A DNA stretch of 64,000 nucleotides from Vicugna vicugna (GCA_013265495.1 MU057887.1:2761576-2825575), one strand, 5' to 3'; positions 23,171 through 35,890 are shown, counted from the stretch's first letter. Made by a program: numbers and translations. Notes: generated by a model from the sequence alone, not told the origin.

Positions 23171-26100
23171 TGAGATCCTCGTCCCACCCAGCACCCTGTC
23201 CTACACGTGTTCTCTCGCAAAGATGCGGGCACACTGGTGCCCGGATGTCGGGGTTCTCCGGCTGGGCTCTGCAGGGATGCTGTGGGCAGGCATCTCACCC
23301 AGGGGTGGTCCTTCCGCCTCTCATGGGTGGCCCCTCTGTGTCTGCGGAGGTCCCTGGAGAGTGGCCGTGTGGCAGGCGAGGCCAGGGTTCAGGGTCAGCG
23401 AAGGTGGAGGCAGGGGATGCTCGGGTAAACGCCAGCATCAGAGGAGCGGGTGGAGATGGCAGACTCCCTGTCCCACGAACGCCGAGCCCTGGGGCAGCCT
23501 GTCTCCATCCGCTCACTGCTGATTCCAGGGCACTGCCCATGGTCTGGTCCATGGAGGGTGGGCTGGGGCTCTTTGAGGGTCTGGGAGTGGAGTGCAGGCT
23601 GGTGGCACGGGGGCTGTGGATCAGCGCTCCTCTTGGCCCTGCGGCCAGGCTGGCTTCCCAAGTCTCTGGCCCCTTCTCATCCCGGCCCGCAGACGTCCAC
23701 TCCTCCTGTGATGTCAGAGCAGGGCCCTCTGCTCCAGCAGCCAGGGGGTGGGAGGCAGACCCGCCCCTCCCAGGGCCTCAGGGCTGCTCTGGGGGGCATC
23801 ACCGCCAGCCCATCCCCATGGCCTTGGTTGGCACCTGTCCCTTCACACAGCCCCGTTCAGGTGCATCTGCGTCTTCAAAAGGAAGACGCATCTTTATTGG
23901 CGAGAGAAGGAAACACGCGGAAGGGAAGTTAACCCCGGAAGTGCCGGGGCATGGAGCCCGCTGTGGGCTGCGGGCACCCAGGGGTCTGAAGCCACCTGCA
24001 GCCAGGTGAGCCCCTCAGCAAAGGACTCAGAGAAGAGGTGACCTTCGCTGGGTGACCTCATCTCAGCCCCTCCTCCGTAGCTGAGGGCCCAAGGCTGATG
24101 GCCCGGGAGCCACATCCATCTCCCCAGAAGCAGGGCCGCGTCCTCCCAGACCAGGGTCCTTGGACGTCCAGCACGGCTGGTGTGAGGTTATGGGCAGTGA
24201 GACTCTCCCCTTGACCTGACCTCCCCTCTCCCTGCCCAAGAGATCGCACAGCCGGGTGTCTTGGTGCCTGGGACTCGCATCCTGGCCTCAGCCTCAAACT
24301 GTGAAGCCTGCTCCTCAGGGCAGCCTGCTGTGTTGGTAGTTCTGAAAGGGTGACCTGTGGGACCACCCATGGGAGGTGACGTCATGTGGGCCTGGGAGTG
24401 GGACAGAGGAGATGAGAGACAAGTCAGTCTTAGCCAGACCCCGAGGGGTCCGGGGGAAGAGGCGGGGTCCTTTGGAGGAGTGCTTCCCAGCCCCCGTCCC
24501 CGGGCTGCGCGGAGGTGGGGGAGAGCTGGCCCCCCCGTCCTGGGAGCAGCCCCCTGGGGCTGTAGCTGCGTCTCCACCCCGCACACGCGGGAGGAGTGAT
24601 TACGTGTAATGGAAGACGAGGTTCTGGAGATTCGTCACTAGGAGCTGCAGCTCACACACGGACACACACCTGCTGAGCCACGGTGATTAATAGATTTATT
24701 TAAATCGGCCTCTGCCATCCGGATCCATCTGGGGAGGGACGTGTCCCGGGTCGGCCCATGTTGGGATGCCTCTGGTTTGTGAAAGGAAGCCGGGGATCCC
24801 AGAGAGGGCCCGGGACAGCAGGGGCCCAGGGCGGACTGCCAGCAGGAGCGATGGGGCCGTGACTCCGGACAGGGGGACGCCGTTTCCACTGACAGCCGGA
24901 CGAAGGCCAGGTGTGCGGGTCCCCAGAGGGGCTCGCGGGGGCAGAGCCCCAGTGAGACGCTGAGCCGCAGAGACCCAGGGCACCCGCTCACCTCAGGGCT
25001 GGGCCGTACCCTTAACCGCTGGTCTGGGCTCCACGTGCGGCCCGCGGGGGCCTCGTCTCAGGGTCTAACGGGAGGCAGCTCAGTCGGCTGGTTCTCAGCC
25101 ACTGCCTGCCACCCGCCTCCCGCCTTCAGAGGCTGACTGCCTGGGAGTCACTCCCCAGTGGAGGCACCCAGCTTCCTCCAGCCCGGACCCCAGTCAGGCC
25201 CCAGTGCACGGGGGCGCCTTGTGCGCGGGTCTCCCTTCTGAGCGGCCAGCCCTCGGCACGTGACGTGACAGGGAGTGTGGCCCCTGAGCAAGCTGCACAC
25301 TGAGCACAGTGGCACCAGAACCTGCTGCCAGAGGCCCCTCCGCTGGCGCCTGAGTCCGAGGGTCCGCCCCGACTGGGAGTGGGAGGTGCCTTTGCTGTGA
25401 AGGTCGTCTCTGGGTGGTGGCTGGAGGGGCCGAGGGCAGCATGGGCCAGGAGCCGGTACCCACTTCGGCCCCATGGCTGGTGGTTCTCGGGCAGCTTCCG
25501 GGCTCCTACTGCGCCTGCTGCTCCCCAGAAGATGCTAGAGGAGTGTGGTGTCAGCAGCCCCGCCCCCTGGGGGCGCCTCCATCTCCCGCCCCACCCCTGC
25601 TCGCCCTCTGCCAGCTGTGCGGGTGGGCTCCTGTCTCACCCCATGGGCCCTGTCGTCCCCTCCCTTAGCCCTGAGGCGAGACGGTGCCTTCGGCCGTGCC
25701 ACGCCCCCGTCAGATCGCAAGCTCGCTCCTGGGGGCCAGATCTCCTGTGTCCCTGCTGAGCCCTGCAGCCAGGGTAATTACTGGGTGAAGGGGTGAGCCG
25801 CTCAGGGGAGAAGCCTGGGAGCCCCCACACCAGGCTGCGGGGGAGGGGGAGGGAGCCCTGCGCGCCTGGGGCCCGGGGCTTCTCTGAGACCCGCGTCCTC
25901 TGGCCAGAAAGGCTGGTGCGTGTTTGTTGTAATGTCCCCATCCTGAGTGTCACACCCCTGGGCCTCTAGCTGGTGTGAGACAGACCCTGGCTGCCCCGGG
26001 AGGAACCTTGGGTCCCAGGCTCAAGTTCTGGCATAAAATGTCGGAAAACAACCAAAACACGTCAGGTGTACCTCGCTCTGGAGGAGGCCCTGGGGAGTTC

Positions 26101-26699
26101 TGTGCATGCTGGCCAGCAGGAGGAGAGGGGGTGTCTGAGAGTGTGCTGTCGTGTGGCCCCCCGGAAATGGGCCCGAGAGTGTATCCAGAGGCCCTGTGCG
26201 TGGTGAGGCCGGAGCTGGGGCCACCCCCTGTTCTGTCTGGACCACGGCGTCCCGTTGAGTCTGGTCCTCACCGTGGCCTTGCAGAGCGATGACCTTTCCT
26301 TCCTGTGGGCGCCAGGGGAGCCCCGCGCACGGCCAGCGCTTTCCCGGAGCCAGTCCTGGGGACTGAGGGGGCTCCCTTGTGGACATGAAGGAAGCCGTCA
26401 GGGCCAGAAAGCTGGGTCGGAGTCGGGGCGGCCGGGCGGGCTCAGAGGGAGCCGCCAGTCCCGCCCGCCCGGGGGAGGCGGGGCTGGGGAGCCCTGCGGT
26501 CCACTGAACAACCCCCGTCGGCCCTCGGGCTCACACGCCCCCGCCCTGCTCGGTCCTGGAGGAAAGGCAGAGGCCCGCACAGGACGAGCGGGTCCCTGCT
26601 GGAGGGAGGCAGTGTGGGCGCCTGCATTCCCGGGCACACAGGCCTCAGGGAGCAAGGGTGGGTGCCCATGTGACAACAGCAGCACAGACGCTGGAGACG

Positions 26700-27023
26700 G
26701 GTGCTGGGCTGTGTCCCCCAGACTCCTGTGCAGAAGCCCTAATGCGCCAGCACCTCAGCGGGAGATGGGTCACAGGGGTGGGCCCTGATCCTACACAGCT
26801 GGGCTCCTCAGAAGAAGAGGAGATCGGGACACACGCACACAGAGGGACAACCACGTGGGGACACACGGACAAGACGGCGTCTGCAGCCCAGGAGAGAGGC
26901 CTCCGGACGAACCAGCCCTGCGGAACCTCGACCTTGGGCCTCCAGGCCACACCCTGTGGGACAGCGAGTGTCTGTTGTTTAAGGCCCCCGTCTGGCGTCA
27001 CGGCCGCTGGGCAGAGCGCTGCA
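26700..27023 (+). mobile_element. MaLR LTR, MLT1A/B-like
   Basis: tgtgtccccca...gaagccctaa...gggtgggccctgatcc...cctcagaagaagaggagat.gggacacac.cacacagaggga.aaccacgtg.ggacaca...aagacggc.tctgcagccc.aggagagaggcctc...tctgttgtttaag. Confidence 0.8.
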
Positions 27024-30000
27024 AGGGGGCGGCGGGCTGGCGGTACCGAGGACAGCTCCCACCCCTGGGGCCCGAGGGGGAGCCTGGTCTCCCCGGGGGC
27101 CTCGTATCCATCACCCCACCTGCAGGCCTGGCTCCTGGGGACACAGGTGGCAAGCCTCACGCTGCCTGTGGCTCCCGGTGGAAAAGCCCCCAGCAGAGGT
27201 GTGGCCCCAAGTACGGTGCCACTTCTCTGCCTTCCAGGGCAGAGCGTTTGGGGGGGGCGCCTGCACGTCCGAAGGATCGGCACAAGTTCCTGGGGACGGG
27301 GAGGTGACAGGAACTCCCAGATGGAGGGGGTGGAGGCTGGGCCTGCGCCAGCTCATCCTTGCTCTGTGCCACCGTCGCGCCATCCCAATACAGTCATTAC
27401 TGCGTCGTCACTCTCCGCGGCTGCATCATAATGTGAGCTTATGTTCAATTTGCTGGGAGCTGGCAAATCACCGTCTGCGGCTCCACGGCACACACTCATT
27501 TGCTCCTTGCCCTAGGTGTCTCTTCAAGTCTCGCGTTTTACACACAGACAAATTAAATCTTGGTTTGAATGCGTCCCTCTCTGGAGCCGACATAATGTGC
27601 TTTAATAGCCATGGCCCCTCTTGGGGGGTTGGAGCCGCAACCATCTGCATTTTCAAGCGGCAGGTTAACTACAGGGACGCACCCTCCAAGCCAATAATGA
27701 AGTTACTAGACAGAGCGGGGCCCAGGTGGGTCCAGGCGGCTCCCCTGCTGGGGCCGGGCGAGCATGGCCATTAGGGGCAGCGGCACCTGGGGGAAGTCTT
27801 TCTCTGTTCCTGCCTTTGTTGTTCCTCTGGCTGACCAAGACACGTGTCCGGAGCCTGGTCCATGTGCAGCCTCTGGGAGATGGGAGCCTAGAGCTGGGGT
27901 CCAGGAGCTGCAGGCAGGCGAGGTCCCAGTGGGCACGTGGACTGGCTGGCGAGGACCACAGTGCAAGCACCTGCAGTGGGAGGGCTGTGGTTCACGAGGT
28001 CCAAAAGATACCCTGAGCGCCCGTGTGGGCCAGACAGAGGGGCCAAGTGCGGTCCTGCCCATGGGCGTCCGCCCACAGCCCCCAGGCTCCAGGGCAGAGT
28101 GTGAGAACAGGCGCCCAGTGGAAGTATGCAATTAGCAGGTGTTAAGTGTGGACTGAGCCACGCCCCCAAATTCAGAGCTGCAGCCCTACCCCCAGTGTGA
28201 TGATGCTCGGGGTGATTAGGTCGTGAAGTGGGGCCCCCCGGGGGTCAGGCAGGAAAGCAGGCAGCGTCTGCAGCCAGGAGCAGAGCGTCCGCAGGAGCCA
28301 AGGCAGCAGCGCCTGGGTCTTGGACATCCAACCCCCAGAGCTGTGGGGAGCGAAGGTAGGCCCTGTAAGCCCCTCTCTGTGCTATTTGTTACGCAGCCCA
28401 GGCTGACCTGGACAGTGGGCGCCCAGCAGTGGATCTGCTCTGAGGCCAGTGATGACCAAGGGAGGGGCTGCCTGCTCTGCTGGGCTTCTGCTCTGTGGGT
28501 CTGCAGGGTGTTTGTACTGCTGTGGCCTGGCCGGGTGCAGCCCCTCTGCGGGCTCAGAGGCTCAGAGCATCCTTCTGGGTGCAAAGACAGACACACCGAG
28601 TCTGTGGTGGATGCAGTGCCTGGAGAGCTGAGCCCTTCCCTGCTGCGTGGCTGCAGGAGCTTCCTCAGCACGGATCGCCGTGGTCCCGGGGATGGATGCC
28701 GGAATCTTTTGGCTGTTCCGTGGACAGTGAGGCTGATCTGGAAGTGAGCGGGGTTGTGGCTGTCTGCACCCAGCGGGCAATGGTGGGAGTGTTTCCACTG
28801 TGTTTAGGTAAAAAAGTGCACCCACACTGTCGGTTCGCTGTCTGGCCAGGCCCTCACGGGCACCCATGGTCTCATTCGTGGCCTCAGTTCTCATTCGTGA
28901 CCACGGTTTTCAGGATCCACCTTGGGTCCTGGACGTGCTTTCCGCTGTGCCGTGAGGGCCTCGTGTCCACACTGGGTGGCTGTCCCCTGGGCCGCTGCCC
29001 CTGTTCTGCTGATGCAGCTGCCTCCCTGGGTTTCTGGGTCCCTGAGTGTGACCTCCAATGAAAACATGCGTCAGTTTATAAACCTGACAGTTTATGAAAC
29101 GTTCACACCCACTCTCTTACTCACTCCTCTCAATAGTTTGCAGGTTCGCCAGGGCTGAGATGATCGACTTTTGTTATTACCGAGGTGAGGATGGCAACAC
29201 TGGGGCCAAGCATCCCCCCAAGAAAGTTCCAGACGGCAGCAGGCGCAACATGGCACGCGCACAAACAAGGCACTCCCGCGTGTCTAAAATCAATAAGCCA
29301 TCTCTGAAACTTGCCTCGGGCTCTGACCTTATTTAGCAGCTGATGGCTGGGCTACCGGCGTTGCTGGTCAGGGTCAGGCCCAGCCTCGCACACGCTGGAC
29401 GAGGCAGCATGTGACCCACGCGATCCCCGTCCCTCTGCTGTGGGTCCGGGGGGCACCTCACGGCGGGCTCCAGCTGCCAGGCTCTGGGGGCCCTGCCCTG
29501 CCCTCCTTGTCAGGGATCAGTGATGGCAACTACGTCTTGGTGCCAAGACTCGAGCTGGACAGCTCCGGGCGCCCAGGGGTGCAGAAAAGGCACCAGCAGT
29601 CGTCGCCGCTGACGCCGCCGTTAGTACCCTCAGCCCTCACTCCCGAGGCCTTCCTGGAAAGTGGAGGGATGTCTATGGGGAGGTTACCCGGCAGCAGATG
29701 GCCTGAGACTCCCACGGGGAGACCACATCTCAGTGGGAAGCCCACCCCCATCCCGCAGGGCTGGCATCTCACCTGGGGAGCGGTGGCCAGGACCCCGGGG
29801 CCAGGGCGCCCCCATTCCTGGTCCCTTCACAGCAGCGTCCTGGACTGTCCGGCTTGTGTCTGGTTATCAGGGGACAGCACAGGGCCTGACCCCTTCTCTA
29901 CAGGGAGAGAAGACACTCGCAGATTTTCAGATCTCCCCAGATCCACTGGGGCTGCATCCACGGGCGTCTGCTGCCTTTCCCTCCCTTTCTCTCCTGACCC

Positions 30001-31341
30001 GGGCGAGGACGGGGGCCCTCTGTGCAGGGAGGGGTGCCAGGGCCCTGGGTGGACTGCAGGCCAGAACCTGAGAGCTCCATGCCCAGTGGGCAGTGCCACT
30101 TCAGGCCAGATGCTGGACTGAACCGGGCCTCCCACTCCCCTGCAGCCAAACCATGGCCTCTGACCTTCAGCCATTTCTCTGACATTTAGCAAACAGTGCC
30201 AGCTGCCACCTCCTCGGACTCTCAGCCAGCCCTTTGTGTGGACCCAGTGAGGACTCCTGTGGACAAGGGGCCGGTCCTCACCCTGGGGGTCGTTTGCGCA
30301 TTTCTCCAGAGGGGATGGCAGTGGGTGGTTAGGTTGGGAGGACAAACGGGCAGTCTCCTGAGCTTCGAATGGTCTGCCTGGCCTCACCAGTGGCCTGAGG
30401 GGTAAGTAGCAAACTCTGTAGGGGACTGGAGAAGCCGGCCCAGCCATCTGCGTCCCTGGATGCAGGATGGCAGGCGGTGATGCTCCCCGCATCTCCTTCT
30501 GGGGCATTTGGTCCCCAGAGGGAGTCTGCGCCTGCACTCAGGCGAGGACCTCTTGCTGCCCCGACGGTCATGGCATCCTGGGAAGGTGCCGCTCCCAGGT
30601 CTCCAGCTCTTCCCTCACAACTGGAGTGGTCCCCACGCCCTCTGAGGAGCAAGGGTCACGGGGCATTTGAACAGGCCTCCAGCTTCCTGAGCAGGGCCCT
30701 AGGGTGTTGGCTCCTGGATGGACAGCATCTTCACGTCCAGGAGGTGGAGGTCAGGAGCCCTGAGGGAGAGCTGCTGGGTGTTGATCTGACTGCCTTGCCG
30801 TGTGGGACAGCTGCTCTCCCCCCGCCTGTCCTGGGCAGCTTCCTGCCAGGACCCACAGGCTCCCTCCCAGGTCTGTCCTTCCTGGGCGGGCAGCACAGAC
30901 TGCTCCTCAGCTGTTTTCTTTAGAAAGGATGCCCATACAGCAAGGGCACCTTGGTCTGGGTGCCCCAAAGCAGCCCAAGACGAGGACAAGCCTGCCGTGG
31001 TGTTTGGGAAGTGACTGGAGGAAATAGCTCTGAGGAAGGAGACAGGAGTTGGGAGAGAAGGAAGAGCGGTCAGCAGGGTGATGGTCTCCCAGTCACCGCT
31101 GTGGGCAGCTGGGCCCCGCCCTGGTGGGGACAGACCACGGCTGCCCCCACGAGAGCATGCAGAGACAGTTATCCGGAGCCCGAGGCTGGTCGTAGGGGGC
31201 GGGGGGGGGTAACTGGACAGAAGAGTGACAGCCGAGCTCCCAGTCCCTGCCAGAGAGAGGCAGGGCCTGGGGCGGCTGCAGCACTGACCAGAACCGGGAG
31301 TCCTTGTGACCGCGTTGCAGAAAAGTGTGCGACAGCTCAGT

Positions 31342-31980
31342 TGTGACAGCAGCATGGATCCCGGAGAGAGACCCAACAGCACTCAGAGGATGGAGAACTC
31401 AGTTTATTACGCCAGCGGGCCCAGAGGAGTTAGCACTCCAAGCTCTGAACCCCGTCTGTAGGTTTACACAGGCTTTTCTAGGCTGCCAGTTTACACTTTG
31501 CAACATCATATGCAAATAAGGTATAACAAAAGTTGACTAATTAGGAACAAGCTTTGTAGAAATGGACCAATCAGGTGGGAGAGAAATAACCAATCAGGAG
31601 TGAGGGAAATGGACCAATCAGGAGTGAGCTCCATGCAAATAAAGCACTACAAATGGACCAATCAGGAGTGAGCTCAGGAAACCAATAGAATTTTAGGGGT
31701 AAGTTCCACTTTCCTAGAAGTAAGCCGATTCAGAGGCAAAGCGTGAGATCAAGCTGCTGGGCCAGGGAACCAGATGGTAGTGGCAGGGGAGCAGTGGCCC
31801 TGGCTGGGGGTCCTGCAGGTCTTTTTTTATGGGTCTTCCCACCTCAACTGTGGGGGGCATATCTGGCTCTCCTTGGTTGGTCCTGAGTTGGTATTGGGGA
31901 TAAAACAAGGGAAGCTTGTGGTCACTGACCACACCCTGGACATTTGGAGGGATGGCTGTAGGGGCGGGTTGTGGGTCACA
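31342..31980 (-). mobile_element. Solo ERV LTR (probably ERV1-like), antisense to TAFA5; right boundary uncertain (31933-31980)
   Basis: Begins TGTGAC (31342) and a GTCACA inverse occurs at 31975-31980. Minus-strand AATAAA at 31403-31408, TATA-like TAGAAAA at 31474-31480, and a tandem ggaccaatcagg repeat array typical of LTR U3. Confidence 0.7.
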
Positions 31981-32674
31981 GTTCTAGGTCACATATGATC
32001 TGGCCCTTGTCCATAGAATGCCAACTGCCTCCTAGTGGCCAGGGTGGGACAGACGGCAGAGGCTGGAGCCGGGGGTGGCAGCATGGCACCCTGACAGCCT
32101 AGAACTTCTCTGGGGGACACTGGCCATGGTCAGGGGCAGGGCAGGTGGGAGGTTGGACAGAGCCCCTGCAGGGCCACACAAGCTCAGGTGGGGTGTGGGC
32201 CTGGGGAACGTGTCATGACCCGCTATCAAGGCCACATGCTGGACAGGGGGTTAGACCTGAGAATGTGCAGCCGGGGTGGCGTTCCTCGGTACCGGCTGTG
32301 GGGGCCAGGTGGTGGCTCACCCAGATGTGGAGAGAGGCAGGAACACAGATGTCCCCAAATCCCACTTGACAAAGAGAGGAGGCTCCTTCTCACAGCAGCA
32401 GCTGTGGGGAAGCCTCCTGTTCTAGCTTTAAAAGCGCATGAGACTCAATCCCCAGCAGCATTTTAAAAAATGTTCAAAAGGCTGGAGCCACCAATCTTTT
32501 ACCATTTCTGGCTCTGCGTGGCTCCACCCGACTTGCTCTGCCTATTGGCGAGGAATCTGGCATTTTCCTCCCTCAGATGGAGGCCTTTTGGTGTCTGCAT
32601 AGAAGCCTTGTTATTCTCGAGTCTCAGCTTCTGAAAGTTCTCTGCCACGTTGGACCTCTGTCTTGCCGCCCACC

Positions 32675-32706
32675 CAGCCCTTGGGAAGCTCAGCCCTTGG
32701 GAAGCT
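32675..32706. repeat. Perfect 16-bp tandem duplication (CAGCCCTTGGGAAGCT x2)
   Basis: Read directly from the sequence. Confidence 0.9.
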
Positions 32707-32856
32707 CCTGTTGGCCCCAATCACAGCATGTGCCCCATAGGGCTGGGATTACCCAGGAGCTGTGTCCATGTCCTCCAGGTGCAGGCTCAGAACAGGTTTG
32801 GGTCTGCTTTCCTCCTGAACGTTTCTTGTCTCAACCAGAGCCAGGCACAGGTAAAG

Positions 32857-33315
32857 AATGGATGGATGTACAGATGGGTGGATAGAAAGAAGGATATATG
32901 GCTGGCTGGATGGATGGATAGGTGGGTGAATGGGTAGATGGATGGACGGGTGAATAGATGAATAGGTGGATGGAGGGATGTACAGTTGGGTAGATAGAAG
33001 GAAAGATGGATAGACAGATGGGTATGTGGATGGATAGATGGATGATGGACAAAAAATGAAGGATGGATGGATGGATGGATAATGAATGATGAATAGATAG
33101 ATGATAGGTGGGTGGGTGGACAGGTGGATTGATGGAAGGATGGGTGGTTAGATAGGTGGTAGATGGCTGGTGGATCTGTGAGAAATGTATGATGAATGTC
33201 CAGGTGGATGAATAGATGGATGGATGTATGGATGTCCAGACAGAAGGAAATGGATAGGTAGATGGATGGATGTGTGGATGAAGGACGGATGGATGGATGG
33301 ATGGATGATGGATGG
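32857..33315 (+). repeat. Degenerate (TGGA)n/(GATG)n simple repeat, ~460 bp
   Basis: Continuous ggat/ggta/gaat/gggt tetramer variants; very few C on the + strand. Confidence 0.95.
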
Positions 33316-33404
33316 TGAAGCAGTGAAGTAGCTCTGAGCATGTGATAGCCTCCTCACGGAGCAAGGGCTGCCAGGTCTTCCCGAACCCAGCCCGTCCTGG
33401 CGTG

Positions 33405-33520
33405 GCTCTGGGCAGGTCCTGAGCTCCCTGAGCCTCAGTTTCCTCAGCAGTAAGTGGGGAGCCTCTGCCTCAGAGTCCTGTGAGTCCTGTGTGGTGTGTG
33501 GCCCACGGCAGGGCTCTGGC
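33405..33520 (+). mobile_element. MIR fragment
   Basis: gggcaggtcctgagctccctgagcctcagtttcctcagcagtaagtgggg resembles the MIR core. Confidence 0.55.
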
Positions 33521-33617
33521 TGTGAGCGTGGTCTGGGGGCCGTGTCGGGGGCTGGCCCTTCTCGCTCTTCTGCTCACCTGGTGGTTTGGGGGCTTAAGCT
33601 TGTTGGCACAGTGGGTC

Positions 33618-33790
33618 TAGTTCATACCTTTTCCTCTGCTACATAGTATCCAAGCTTGTGGCTCTGCTTGGCGTCACCCTTCCCTGTAGGAAGGGGTTCC
33701 CGTTGTTCTTGTTCGGATGGTTCTAAGGTGTTGCTACAAAGAAGCTGCTCTGAGTAGTGTGGTGTGTGTGTGGCCCGCTCTGGGGCATCC
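33618..33790 (-). mobile_element. Old L1M 3' fragment
   Basis: agttcataccttttc..tgctacatagtatcc...gttgttctt...tgctacaaagaagctgctctga resembles the L1M 3' region. Confidence 0.45.
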
Positions 33791-34822
33791 TGTGGGATGT
33801 GACTTTCAGATTTAAAGCTGTGGCATCTTGAATTTGACTGTATTTCCTCAAGGATACTTCAACAGGAAATCACTGTTTTTAAACAAAACCAAAATCTCTG
33901 TGGTTGCTTCCCAGAGGGCAGGCACAGCTTTCACGCGGAGGCAGTGAACTGGCCGCGTCCCACCCTCGCTGGCCCTTGCGGCCCAGGGGAGGGCACCGTG
34001 CGCACACCTGTTCCGGGGGGCCGCGGTTCCCTCGCAGGCTCACTAGGAGACACCGAGCGAACGGGGTGCATCAAGTTCACCTGAAGTGTGAGAGTGAGTC
34101 ACTGCGTGCGGAGGGCGCTCGGGGACTTCACAGGGGAGGCAGGGCAGCTGCGGTCCGGGCGGAGGTCAGAGCCGCACAGCGACTGCTGCGTTGGCCGGTG
34201 AGGCTGGCCAGCCAGGTGCAGGGGGCTGCCGGGTCCTGAGGGGCCGGCTGGGGGGCAGGTCTGTTCCTCCAAGGGGCCTCAGTCTCCCCTGCCCCACCGC
34301 TCACCCAGTTCTCACCGGGGCGTCACACCCTCTGGGCTCCTTCTGGGCACCTGGCACAGGTGGGTGAGGTCCTCGGGGTGCAAAGCTCGCAGCCCTGCTC
34401 CCTCGGAGGCCCAGGCCACGGCTGCGGTGGGGGCGGCGGCGGGATGCGGCGGGGCAGGTGACCCTGTGGTGTGTGCCTTCTGCCTGATCAGCTCTAATCC
34501 AAGTCTGAGCCCTGAGGAAAAGATCGAGGTGCGGGACTAAGAAGCTGGCAGAGGCCACACAGCCGGGCCTGGGACCGTGGCCCTCCCAGCCGGTGGCCGT
34601 GTGGCCGTGCTCGGTGGGTGCGCACACCTCTGGCCGGAGGATTGTGGCGACTAGGAGCAGAGCCTGGCCCAGCTCGACGGTTGAAGTGGTGCCTGTGGGT
34701 GGCGGGGTCCTGCAGTGGCCAGGATGGGGATGAGGGTGAGGCGAGCAGGACCCCACCTCAGACACAAGATCTAAGGGACGCCAAATAATGTCCATCATCA
34801 ACAGGTGTAACTTTAAAAAAAA

Positions 34823-35184
34823 TTTTATTGATGTGTAGTTGATTTATAATGTTGGTTTCAGGTGAACAGCAAAGCAGTTCAGTTCTACATACACATACAA
34901 GTATTTCTTTCTTTTCCATTATGTGTTGTTACAGGATATTGAATACAGCTCCCTGTGCGCGACAGCAGGGCCCTGTGGTCCATCAGCTTCACGCGCAGCA
35001 GTGAGTGTGTGCTGATCCCAGACTCCTAGTCCATCCCTCCCCTCCGCCCCGTTCCCATTCGGTAACCAGAGCTTGTCTTCTATGTCCGTGAGTCTGTTTT
35101 TGGTTTGTAAATAGAATTTGTGTCTTTTTTTCAGACTCCACGGAAGAGCGATATCATATATTTGTCTTTCTCTGTCTCACTTCA
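34823..35184 (-). mobile_element. L1 3' UTR fragment, cetartiodactyl-type
   Basis: ttttattga..tagttgattta.aatgttg..tttcaggtg.acagcaaag..ttcagtt..acata...ggatattgaata.agctccctgtgc...ggtaacca..ttgtcttctatgtccgtgagtctg...gatatcata..tttgtctttctctgtct matches the remembered reverse complement of a cetartiodactyl L1 3' end. Confidence 0.8.
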
Positions 35185-35774
35185 AGGAAGAGTAACATTT
35201 TGATGCAGTACTTTCAAGATCCTCTCGGCAGTCTGTGATCCACGGGTCCTTGCCTGTGTTTGTAGTTAAAGTGTGGTGGGGGGTCCTGGCTGTCGCCTCT
35301 TTGCCCCTCTGCGTCACTGGAGGGGACACGTCGAGGTGACTCAGGTCTGGAAGAGCCGACTGTGTCCAGTGTCCCCTGGGGGCCACGCGGGTGCGCTTAC
35401 AGCAGGGATGTGGCACAAGCTATGACCGGGCTTCTCCCCAGGGAGCTGGGGTTCAGGGCAGCCAGCACCTCGGGGGTGCAGAGGGCCAGCAGTTCCCACC
35501 CCTTGGGCAGACATACGGGCAGGGCAGGGACTGGGGTGTCCTCCTCAAATGTGAATTACCGCTTGGCAGGAGCTGGGCCACGGCACAGCTTCTGACTTGA
35601 AGGACCCCCTTTCTCCTGGTGAGCAGCCTCACCCTGCCCATAAAGTTCAGCTGAGGCAGAATTCCACCCCCCCACCCCAAGAAGCCCCTCTGCTGTGCGG
35701 CCAGCCCCGGGGGGGGCCTGGCCCCCGCGCCGTGGTCGGGCACCACCCTGCCTGCCTAGAGCCCCTCCTTCTTT

Positions 35775-35890
35775 GGGAGGCAGTGTTGTTGTCGTCCCCA
35801 TTTTAGAGATGAGGAAGCTGAGTCTCAGAGGGATGAGCAGGCCAGCCTGGCTCACCCAGATCTGGGGGGTGAGACCCCAGCTCTCATGGT
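35775..35890 (-). mobile_element. MIR fragment
   Basis: ccccattttagagatgaggaagctgagtctcagaggg resembles the MIR core reverse complement. Confidence 0.65.

Noticed and set aside
30310-30401. Possible 92-nt cassette exon (ttctccAG ... G|GTAAGT)
   Set aside because: Short pyrimidine tract, frameshifting with an early stop; such pairs arise by chance in long introns.
31560-31690. Repeat-spacer-like array (ggaccaatcagg units) superficially resembling CRISPR
   Set aside because: Units are short, spacers are related and irregular, the context is a mammalian LTR U3, and there are no cas genes.
32787-33364. His/Pro/Ser/Ile-rich ORFs (184 and 177 aa)
   Set aside because: Translation of the (TGGA)n simple repeat.
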